DNA of 63,836 nucleotides, filler included, from Acidimicrobiia bacterium (GTDB lineage Bacteria > Actinomycetota > Acidimicrobiia > Spongiisociales > JAHEDJ01), in NCBI GenBank assembly GCA_029210695.1. It is 3 parts of 3 records of this genome, joined end to end, with 100 filler letters (N's around TTAATTAATTAA, not from the genome) between each part and the next. Parts side by side here need not be neighbours in the genome. Positions count along the whole stretch, not along the records: positions 1 to 22,723 come from JARGFH010000056.1; 2 more parts are not named here. One strand, 5' to 3'. Position 1 is the first letter of the stretch. Every line of letters starts with the position of its first letter. Below the pieces are notes generated by a model that ran no database searches, had not been told where the DNA came from, and saw nothing but the letters and a program-made list of their open reading frames with translations. The position numbers and the translations under genes were made by a program. Shown piece by piece: positions 1 through 8,096 of the stretch.

Positions 1-21
1 CGCCTGCAGTTTCTTTGACAT
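1..21 (-). CDS. 5' start of a gene running off the window (MSKKLQA...)
   Basis: ATG at 21 preceded by GGATGGAGTT (SD-like); only 7 codons visible. Confidence 0.35.
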
Positions 22-143
22 AACTCCATCCTCGCTTCCAAGGTAAAGAGTCTCCAAGAATCCCAGGGCGATACAAATCGAATAGGTCAACCTGAACCCG
101 TAACGGTTGAGCGAAACACCCGACCGACCCTGAGTCTTGTGCC

Positions 144-1022
144 CTACCCAACGGCGCGGCGGTAGACCCGTACCGACAACGGCACGAAGATCAGCAGAAT
201 CCCGATCGACCAGAGCAGCGACATCAGCACCTGACCATGGACAGTCGGGGCGTCGGCGAGCGCTTGCACCGGGTTGATGCCCGGGCCGAACTCGGCCAGC
301 GCTTCCTGACCCAGCATCAGCCCGCGTAGCGCATTCGTGGTGACCGTGATCGGCTGAACTTCTGCGAACGTCCGCAGCCAATCCGGCATCGTCTGCGTCG
401 GTACGAACACGGAACTGGCGAATACCAGCGGGAACACACCCAGGAACGTCGCAGATTGGGCGGCCTCCGGGTTCTTCACCACCAGGCCGATCGACGCCAT
501 GATCCACGACAGCGCAAAAGCAAACGTCATGGCGACGAGCAGGCCGGCGACGAATCCGATGAAGCTGGTCTGATAACGGAACCCCATCACAAACCCCATC
601 ACCACCATCAAGGTGATAACGAACCCGTTCCGGATGAGGTCCGAGAGGGTCCGGCCCGCCAGTACGGCCGAGCGGGCCATGGGCAGCGAGCGGAACCGAT
701 CGATCACGCCCTTGGACAGGTCCTCGGTGAGCCCGAGCGCCGTCTGGCCCGCTCCGAAGGCGGCCACTTGAATGAGCAGCCCGGGGAGCAGCCAGTTGAT
801 GTACTTGCCCTGAGCGATGGCGGGAATCGCCTGTCCGATCGCCCCTCCGAAGACGTAGTTGAACAGCAACAGGAACATGACCGGCTGCACTGTGGCGAAG
901 ATGAGTAGCTGCGGCAGCCGGATGTTGCGCAGCAGATTGCGCCGCGTGATGACGGCAATGTCCTTGGCGGCATGCATCGGGCTGATGCGCGCCCGCTCGG
1001 TCTTTTCAGATGTAATGGCCAT
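144..1022 (-). CDS. ABC-2 type transporter permease (DrrB-like)
   Basis: About 6 TM helices; GVIDRFRSLPMARSAVLAGR and MPDWLRTFAEVQPIT motifs; overlaps the ATPase gene. Confidence 0.9.
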   Translation of the reverse strand: MAITSEKTERARISPMHAAKDIAVITRRNLLRNIRLPQLLIFATVQPVMFLLLFNYVFGGAIGQAIPAIAQGKYINWLLPGLLIQVAAFGAGQTALGLTEDLSKGVIDRFRSLPMARSAVLAGRTLSDLIRNGFVITLMVVMGFVMGFRYQTSFIGFVAGLLVAMTFAFALSWIMASIGLVVKNPEAAQSATFLGVFPLVFASSVFVPTQTMPDWLRTFAEVQPITVTTNALRGLMLGQEALAEFGPGINPVQALADAPTVHGQVLMSLLWSIGILLIFVPLSVRVYRRAVG

Positions 1023-2056
1023 CAGTTGCTCCTCCCCCTCGGTCCGCGTCGCTTTGGTGTCGTGACCTTCTCGGCTTCGGCTTCGGCTTCGGCCGCCCCG
1101 CGCCCGGTGAGGGTGAGGAACACGTCGTCGAGCGTCGGTTTGTGCAACGCGATGTCCTGCACGGCGATACTGCGCTCGTCGAGGCGCCGCACGACGTTCA
1201 GCAGTGTCTGTGAACCGTCCGGGGCAGGGAGGCGGAGGCTGCCCCGGTACTGATCGAATACGGCTGCCTCGGTCGACAATCCGGTCAGCGCCTCGATCGC
1301 CTGATCGCGCACCTCATCGCCGACATGGAGTTCGATCACCGAGCCACCCATCTGATCCTTGAGTTCGTCGCCGGTTCCCTGGGCGATCAGCCTCCCGTTG
1401 TCGATGACCGCAATCCGGTTGGCGAGTTGATCCGCTTCGTCGAGATACTGCGTCGTCAGCAAGACGGTGGTTCCGCCCGCCACCAGATCCCTGATTATGT
1501 CCCACAATCCCAGCCGGCTCTGCGGGTCGATGCCGGTGGTCGGCTCATCGAGGAAGAGCACCTGGGGCCGGCCGACCAGCGAGGCGGCCAGGTCGAGGCG
1601 TCGCCTCATTCCGCCGGAGTACGTGCGGACGGTACGGTCCGCCGCCTCCGCCAGCCCGATGCTGTGCAGCACTTCGTCGGCTCGCTTCGTCGCTTCTTTG
1701 GCCGGCAGGTTGTACAACCGTCCGACCATTTCGACGTTCTCGCGCCCGGTGAGGTACTCGTCAACGGCCGCATACTGGCCGGCCAGTCCGATGTGTGTGC
1801 GAGCGGAGGTCGGGTCGGCCGCAACATCGACGCCGGCCACCTCGGCGTACCCGGAGTCGGCGCGCAGCAACGTCGTGAGCACACGGATCAGGGTGGTCTT
1901 CCCTGCACCGTTGGGCCCGAGCAGGCCGTAGACGATGCCTGCCTCAAACTCGAGGCTCACGCCGTCCAGTGCTCGGATGTTTGCCTTCTTGAACGTCTTG
2001 ACGATGTTTTCGACTCGAACGATCGGTTTGTCCACGCGGGAGGCCCCCTTCTTCAT
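1022..2056 (-). CDS. ABC transporter ATP-binding protein (DrrA-like)
   Basis: Walker A GPNGAGKT, signature YSGGM, Walker B LFLDEPT, C-terminal PTLDDVFLTLTG. Confidence 0.93.
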   Translation of the reverse strand: MKKGASRVDKPIVRVENIVKTFKKANIRALDGVSLEFEAGIVYGLLGPNGAGKTTLIRVLTTLLRADSGYAEVAGVDVAADPTSARTHIGLAGQYAAVDEYLTGRENVEMVGRLYNLPAKEATKRADEVLHSIGLAEAADRTVRTYSGGMRRRLDLAASLVGRPQVLFLDEPTTGIDPQSRLGLWDIIRDLVAGGTTVLLTTQYLDEADQLANRIAVIDNGRLIAQGTGDELKDQMGGSVIELHVGDEVRDQAIEALTGLSTEAAVFDQYRGSLRLPAPDGSQTLLNVVRRLDERSIAVQDIALHKPTLDDVFLTLTGRGAAEAEAEAEKVTTPKRRGPRGRSN

Positions 2057-2098
2057 GCATGCGGTCGCATGAGGCTAGGCGATCGGCGAACCTACTGC

Positions 2099-2145
2099 TT
2101 CTTGCGTCACTTTGGAGCGTGCTGCGCTCTCAACTGACGCAAGAA
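2099..2145. repeat. 47-bp imperfect palindrome, TTCTTGCGT...ACGCAAGAA family
   Basis: 11-bp arms TTCTTGCGTCA/TGACGCAAGAA; same-length copies at 17795, 18423 and 39661. Confidence 0.8.
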
Positions 2146-2177
2146 CGAGGCGGCGCGACCCGGTAGCCTTCCCGTCC

Positions 2178-2984
2178 ATGATCCATCCGCCCCTCCCCGA
2201 CTCCGTTACCGTGTTGGCGGGAACCGACGTCGAGGGCGAGTGGGAACGCTTTGCTCCATTTGAGGCGATGCACCACCTCCACGAGATCTGCAACCCGATG
2301 GACGCCACTTCCCTCGAGGAGATCCTCGACCGCCTGTCCCCTACCGGCGGCGAGCGCATGATCGACGTGGCCTGCGGCCACGGCGCCTTGCTCCTCAGGG
2401 CGGCCGAACGATCGGCGATCGAGGGAGTCGGACTGGACCTCTCACCGTGGGTTCTGACCCGGGCTTCCGCGCGAGCCCACGACCGCCCGCTGCAAGGAAC
2501 GGTCGAGTGGTGGCTTGGTGACGGCACCGCTCTCGCCCGAGACCAACAGTGGGACGTCGCCACCTGTCTCGGGGCCTCGTGGATCTGGCACGGGTTTACG
2601 GGGACGCTGCGGGCGCTGGCCGCCCGCACCCACCCGGGTGGACGGATCGCCATCGGCGACCTCCGCACAAAGACCGGCCTGGCGGCAGAGGCCGTCGAAG
2701 CCGTCATCGGGACCGACACGAAGATGACCACCGAAGCCGACCAGATCGACGCCATTCAGAAAGCCGGCCTCGAGCCGATCCACTGCTACATCAGTCCCGA
2801 AGAGGCCTGGGCCGGCTACCACCGCCTGGTCATCGAGTCCGCCGACACCTACCAGGGGCCGGACCCGGCCGTCAACGCCAGGGCGATGGCCCGTGCCTGG
2901 CAGGAGGAGTTCGAGCGCGACCGGCGGATACTCGAATGGACGGTATGGATCGCAAAGAAGCCGGGCCACCCGGCGTCACCATGA
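2178..2984 (+). CDS. Class I SAM-dependent methyltransferase (YjhP-like)
   Basis: HEICNPM, DVACGHG SAM-binding motif, CLGASWI; start placed at ATG 2178 behind TAGCCT. Confidence 0.85.
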   Translation: MIHPPLPDSVTVLAGTDVEGEWERFAPFEAMHHLHEICNPMDATSLEEILDRLSPTGGERMIDVACGHGALLLRAAERSAIEGVGLDLSPWVLTRASARAHDRPLQGTVEWWLGDGTALARDQQWDVATCLGASWIWHGFTGTLRALAARTHPGGRIAIGDLRTKTGLAAEAVEAVIGTDTKMTTEADQIDAIQKAGLEPIHCYISPEEAWAGYHRLVIESADTYQGPDPAVNARAMARAWQEEFERDRRILEWTVWIAKKPGHPASP

Positions 2985-3029
2985 CCGGGCAGCCCGGATT
3001 CCGCCTTCCCAGCCCGGAATACCGAGAGC

Positions 3030-4427
3030 TCATCCACCCCCTGGAATCTCAGTGACGATCACGCTCCGATTGGCGTCGAGTTCGACCGGATCGACCTTGT
3101 CTTCAGTCAGGAAGATCGAAGCGTTTCCGTGGCAGGCATCGCACGAGGCGTTCTGCGGCGTCGAGCGCTGGATGTTGTGTGGAGTCGCGTACAGCCAGGT
3201 CGGCCGGGCATCGAACTCGGGCAACAGATCATCGCCGTAGTAGGAGAAGCTGTCCTGGTCGACCGGGACATGGCGGACCGTCACCCACGACCATGGGCGG
3301 TCGTCGGTCGGAGTCGGGTTCTTCCCGATGTAGAACAACATCTGCGACTCGTCCGTCTCGAAGTACGGCACGCCTTCCTCGGATTTCTGAACGTGACAGC
3401 TGTAACAGTTCTTGTATGCCACCGAATGGCAGACCTGACAGGAAAGGGCATCCAGATGCCATGCCGTGTGCTGGGCGTTGGCGCCTTCGAGGTCCGGGTG
3501 ACAATCGGTGCAGGCCGGATCTTGCGCTCCGTCGTATCGGAGCTCCTGCTCGGGGCCGACCCCGTGCATGTCATCGCCGGTGTGGCAGGTGAAGCACGCC
3601 ATGCCGCCCGGGTTGTAGTGGACGTCTGCCGGATACATCCCGCCGTCGTCCGTTTCGTTCTTGCCTTTGTACTCGTTCTCGATCCGGCTGCCGTGACAGC
3701 CCGTGCAGGTCAAGTTCATCGGCGGCGTCTCTTTGAACGAGTGACCGGCGAGCAGTCCACCTCCGGCACTGGTCGGCCGGCTCACATGGCATTGCCCGCA
3801 CGAGGCGTGACAGGATGCGCAGTGATTGGTGAAGGCCTCTTCCAGCCCGGGCGAGAGCTCGTCGCCGCCGCTGCGGGCCAGCAGCACGGTGTCGTAGCCG
3901 CCGAGCGTCGCATGCAGGCTGCCGACGTGATCGTCGGTGGTGTCTTCGTGGCAGGTGCCGCAGGTGGTGATCGGGTCGGGATCGACCGTTATTCCGGTGT
4001 GGGCCTCTTCCATGTCGGTTGCGCCCGGCACCCCGCCGTGACAGGTGGTGCACCCGACCTGCCCGTGCGTACTGGCCGGGAATTCCTCATCGCTTACGAA
4101 TACTTGCTCCCATGCCTCCAACTGAGGCACCGAGCCGCCTCAGCCCTCACCCGAGCTGAGCGATTCCGCGTCCACCGGTTCAACGGCGAGCGCCATCAAG
4201 GTTTCCTGGTTGGTGTGGCAATCGAGGCAGGCGGCGTCCGGGTCCATCGCTTCGGTGGTGGTCGGAACGACGGCCTGTGTCGTAGTGGTTGCTACCGAAT
4301 TCGGCGTTGTGTCGAGAGCCGCCACAGTGGTGTCTGGAGCTTCCGCCTCGTCACTGCTGCAACCGGCGAATACTCCTCCGGCCACGATCATCGCCCCGGC
4401 GGCCACCACCAGAGTCCAACGTTTCAT
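3030..4427 (-). CDS. Predicted selenocysteine-containing 11-heme cytochrome c lipoprotein (UGA readthrough at 4140-4142, residue 96)
   Basis: ORF 4140-4427 (AGGAG SD, lipobox FAGC, CLDCH) and ORF 3030-4130 (10 CxxCH, no signal peptide) are in frame across one TGA that is followed by a SECIS-like hairpin. The multiheme call is firm; Sec is inferred. Confidence 0.8.
4106..4139 (-). promoter_or_regulatory. Putative bacterial SECIS element
   Basis: UGA-GGCG-GCUC-GG-UGCCUC-AGUUG-GAGGCA-UGG-GAGC: 6-bp upper stem from +11, loop at +17 with G second, 4-bp lower stem. Confidence 0.7.
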
Positions 4428-4482
4428 ATCAACTCCTGGTGGGAGGCGCCGGGATCTCACCGACGCCTCCCGCTGGTCCGGT

Positions 4483-5589
4483 CTAGGGCAGTTCGTTGAT
4501 CACGGTTTCGGTCGGGTATCCCGGCGCACCCGTGTAGCGGCCGGTGGCGAGGACCGCATCGTCGTCGGTCCAGTCCATCATCCCGAACTTCATGTTGACG
4601 GAGTCGTAGCCGAGCAGCTTGAGGGCGGTTGCCGCCACCTGACCGGTGTGACCGGTGTAGCAGTAGACGATGATCTGCTCATCGGATGGGAGCATGGCCA
4701 GGCTGGCCGGATCGGCGATGGCTTTCCAACCGATGTTGTAGGCACCTTCCACATGACCGAGCGCATAGGCATCCGGCGCCCGGACGCTCAACACGAACGG
4801 ATTGTTCGCATCATCACCGTCTGAGAGGTTCTCAAACAAGGCTTCGGCGGAGGTCGTCGGACCCCAGTCGGCCAGGAAACTCTGGGCCGACGCAATCGCG
4901 ATATCAACCGCGGCCGTCTCGCCGGTGGTCAGCGTCGGCGGTTCATATTCAACCGTCAGTTCGTTGGCTTCAGTCTCGGTCGGGTATCCCGGCGCACCCG
5001 TGTAACGGGCGGTAGCCAGGATCGTGTCGTCATCGGTCCAGCCCATCATCCCGAACTTCAGGTTGGTGGCGTCGTACCCGAAGATCCGCAGCAGGGTCGC
5101 TGCCACCTGGCCGGTATGGCCGGTGTAGCAGTACACGACGATCGGCTGATCGGTCGGCAACTTGGCCAGGTTCGCCGGGTCGGCGATTTCTTTCCAGGGG
5201 ATGTTGTATGCGCCCTCGATGTGACCGAGCGCATAAGCATCCGGCGCCCGGACGCTCAGAATGAACGGGTCGTTCGATTCGTCGCCGTCCGAGAGGTTCT
5301 CGAACAGGGCTTCGGCCGAAATCGTCGGCGACCAGTCGGCAAGTGCGGCGGTGATGTGGGCGGCAAGAACCGCACTCTCATCGATCGCTTCCGTGGTCGT
5401 GGTGGTCGGGGCCACTGTGGTCGTGGTCATCTCGACCATGGTCGTGGCGACCATTGGAATGGTTGTTTCGGCGGCCGCGGCCGCGGTGGTTTCAGTGGTC
5501 TCCGTGGTGTCGTCCGACCCGCAGGCCGAGACAAAGAGACCCATCACGATGAACAAGATCAGCAAGTTCATTCTCTTGCTGGGTGACAT
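4483..5589 (-). CDS. Tandem rhodanese (sulfurtransferase) lipoprotein
   Basis: Lipobox VSAC, Thr-rich linker, two near-identical domains with GH(I/V)EGAYNI and CYTGHTG active-site loops. Confidence 0.9.
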   Translation of the reverse strand: MSPSKRMNLLILFIVMGLFVSACGSDDTTETTETTAAAAAETTIPMVATTMVEMTTTTVAPTTTTTEAIDESAVLAAHITAALADWSPTISAEALFENLSDGDESNDPFILSVRAPDAYALGHIEGAYNIPWKEIADPANLAKLPTDQPIVVYCYTGHTGQVAATLLRIFGYDATNLKFGMMGWTDDDTILATARYTGAPGYPTETEANELTVEYEPPTLTTGETAAVDIAIASAQSFLADWGPTTSAEALFENLSDGDDANNPFVLSVRAPDAYALGHVEGAYNIGWKAIADPASLAMLPSDEQIIVYCYTGHTGQVAATALKLLGYDSVNMKFGMMDWTDDDAVLATGRYTGAPGYPTETVINELP

Positions 5590-5815
5590 GGCACTCCTTT
5601 CAGAGTGATGTCAAGGTTCCTACCCCTTGCTGGCAATGTATCGCGTTCTGTCGCTTCTTGGACACGCCGTTGGCCCCATTCAAAAGTGCCGGCGGACCCG
5701 CCCAAGCGAAGGAAATACGTCGGTATAACACCTGCTTATGTAGGGTTTCTGACCGGTTGGGAAGAGATCGCCGGCCGGAATGGTTGCGCAGAACAGAAAA
5801 TGTGAAGGAGCAGCG

Positions 5816-6322
5816 ATGGATGCACAAAACCTCGGCTTGCTGATCTTGCGGGTGGCCGCCGGCGCGGTGATGATCGCCCACGGCCTCAACCACGGACGCA
5901 AGCTCGACAGCACCGCCGCCTGGTTCGAGTCCATAGGCTTCAGCCGCGCCAGGATGCAGGCGTTCCTCTCGGCGGCCGGCGAACTCGCCATCGGCGCCGG
6001 CCTCATAACAGGGGCTCTCACCACCTTCGCTGCCGCCGGTCTCGTCGCCACCATGGTGGTGGCGGGCGTTTCGAATCACCGCAAGGCGGGGTTCTTCGCC
6101 TTCAACCGTCCGATCGAGGGTTGGGAGTATGTGATGATGCTGGGCGTGGTCGGCTTGTCGCTCGCCACGATGGGGGGAGGCGAATGGTCGATCGACGGTG
6201 CAATCGGCCTCGACGTGTCCGGATGGCCCGGATTCATCATCGGTTTGGCCGGGGTCGGAGCAGGCATCACCCAGCTCGCCCTGTTCTGGAGTGCGCCTGC
6301 GGAAACCGAGATCGACGAATAG
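5816..6322 (+). CDS. DoxX family membrane protein
   Basis: LILRVAAGAVMIAHG, GWEY and GGGEWSIDG motifs; AAGGAG SD before ATG 5816. Confidence 0.88.
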   Translation: MDAQNLGLLILRVAAGAVMIAHGLNHGRKLDSTAAWFESIGFSRARMQAFLSAAGELAIGAGLITGALTTFAAAGLVATMVVAGVSNHRKAGFFAFNRPIEGWEYVMMLGVVGLSLATMGGGEWSIDGAIGLDVSGWPGFIIGLAGVGAGITQLALFWSAPAETEIDE

Positions 6323-6374
6323 CGGTTGGTTCCGCCGCGACCTGTCCCCTCCGAGTCCCGGCTCCGGCGGTGAG

Positions 6375-7232
6375 TCAGTCGTTCAGACGTTCCGCCGCAG
6401 GATGGTCCTCCGTGACGCCGGCCGACTTGGGCGCCGCCGACGTCATCTGGGCAAAGGCAGCCCCGATCGGCAGCAGGTAGGCCCAGTAGGAGATGACCAT
6501 CAGCAGCGACGGACCCGGCGACCATCCGAACATGGTCTTTGCGAACCGGGCGACAGTGCTGACGTCGGGATCGCCGAACGGCACCTGATAGAGAGGTTCG
6601 ATCAGGATCGGCAGCACGGCCGCCTCCTGGAACTCGTGAACGCCCTTCGATACGAGGCCGGCCGCGAAGAGAATGATCAGGAACCCGGTCACCCGGAAAA
6701 AGATCCGGAGGTTGATGCGGCTGCCACCCCGGTACATGAGGTAGCCGATGCCGATGGCGGTAAGCAGGCCGAGCAGGCCACCGACCAGCTGGCTGCCGCT
6801 GGCGGACTCCCCCACTGTCGTTGAGATCAGGAAGAGGGCTGATTCGAGGCCTTCTCTCAGGACCGCGACGAACGCCACCGCCGCCAATGTGGCGACACCG
6901 CCGAGCGCCACCGCCGAAGCAGCTTCCGACTCCAGCTTTCCGCGCAGCTGACGGGCGTTCTTTCCCATCCAGAAGATCATCCAGGTGAGGAGCCCGCCGG
7001 CCGCGAACGCTACGACTCCTTCGGTGAGTTGCTCGGCACGGCCTTCGAGGGAACCTACGGTGTTGTAGATCACGATCCCGATGAGGAGAGAGAGGAAGGC
7101 CGCCGAAATGGTCCCGACCCATACCCACCGGATGTGGCTGCGCGAACCAAGCCGGTTGAGGTAGGCCAGCAGGATGGCGACGACGAGCGCCGCTTCGACA
7201 CCTTCACGCAACATCACCAGGAACGCAGCCAT
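6375..7232 (-). CDS. FTR1/EfeU family iron permease
   Basis: Two RExxE motifs (LREGVEA, LREGLES) and about 7 TM helices. Confidence 0.9.
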   Translation of the reverse strand: MAAFLVMLREGVEAALVVAILLAYLNRLGSRSHIRWVWVGTISAAFLSLLIGIVIYNTVGSLEGRAEQLTEGVVAFAAGGLLTWMIFWMGKNARQLRGKLESEAASAVALGGVATLAAVAFVAVLREGLESALFLISTTVGESASGSQLVGGLLGLLTAIGIGYLMYRGGSRINLRIFFRVTGFLIILFAAGLVSKGVHEFQEAAVLPILIEPLYQVPFGDPDVSTVARFAKTMFGWSPGPSLLMVISYWAYLLPIGAAFAQMTSAAPKSAGVTEDHPAAERLND

Positions 7233-7275
7233 GGCGCTACTTTACACTATCCGCGTAGTGCAAACCCACTCTGAT

Positions 7276-7384
7276 TTCTCCGCAATGCAGTGGTCGAAAA
7301 ACGCACCACTGCATTGCGCAGAAAAGCCCCCCTGGATTCTCCGCAATGCAGTGGTCTGAAAACGCACCATTGCATTGCGGAGAA
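7276..7384. repeat. Doublet of 48-bp palindromes (TTCTCCGCAATGC...GCATTGCG(C/G)AGAA), 61-bp period
   Basis: Copies at 7276-7323 and 7337-7384; a homologous doublet lies at 9796-9903. Confidence 0.85.
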
Positions 7385-7397
7385 AACCTGGACGGAG

Positions 7398-8096
7398 CTA
7401 GGCGGGGACGGTCGAGCGCTGCCGATCGGCGACCAGGCTCTCGCCGGTGGGCCAGCGAAGCGCCATCGCGACCACTACTGCGGAGGCGCCGAGTGACGAC
7501 GCCGCCTCCCACCACACGACCGTGTCGGATGCGCACTCCTCGCGCATGGTCTCTCTCTCCGAGGTGCTCGAACTAGAAGAGCCGACCGGGCGGAGTTGCC
7601 ACCCGGACTCCAGTCCGCGCTCGGCAGGGTCGACCTGTTCGGTCCGCCCGTCGGCATAGGTCACCGTGCAGGCTGGATCCAAGTGGGCGAATAACACCAA
7701 TACCGGCACCACGGCTGCGATGGCGAGCAGCGGGCGTCCGAATCGTGCCCACCTGGGCTCTGGAGCCGGACGGATCCGGCTGCGGGCCACCAAGCCCCAG
7801 ACGATCGCCACGATCAGCCACAGCGGTATGAGCTCCAATGCGGCGAAGCCCATAACCAGGGCCGCCATCCCTGCCGCCGGGAGCAGCGACGGCCGGCGAT
7901 CGAGAGAGATGAAGGCAAACCAGGCCGGCAACGTGAACGCCGCCACGGTGGCGATGGCTTGCAGCAGGCCCGGCCCATCATCGGACAAGACCGCACCCGC
8001 CATCAAACCCACCACCAGGGCTATCACCAGTCCGGCAGTACCGCCGACAATGCGCCGCTTCAGTTTCATCTGTTCGTACAAAGGCATTTCCTTCAT
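7398..8096 (-). CDS. Hypothetical multi-pass membrane protein, coupled to the anti-sigma gene
   Basis: ATG 8096 overlaps the anti-sigma TGA (ATGA); several hydrophobic segments. Confidence 0.7.
   Translation of the reverse strand: MKEMPLYEQMKLKRRIVGGTAGLVIALVVGLMAGAVLSDDGPGLLQAIATVAAFTLPAWFAFISLDRRPSLLPAAGMAALVMGFAALELIPLWLIVAIVWGLVARSRIRPAPEPRWARFGRPLLAIAAVVPVLVLFAHLDPACTVTYADGRTEQVDPAERGLESGWQLRPVGSSSSSTSERETMREECASDTVVWWEAASSLGASAVVVAMALRWPTGESLVADRQRSTVPA

Noticed and set aside
2053..2072. TCATGC-N8-GCATGA at the ABC ATPase start resembling the ArsR operator
   Set aside because: One mismatch to the core and an unrelated gene; it could be chance or another regulator's site
6375..7232. 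FTR1 plus the multicopper oxidase as a Fet3/Ftr1-like iron uptake pair
   Set aside because: The genes are on different contigs joined artificially, and no EfeO/EfeB or cupredoxin gene lies next to FTR1
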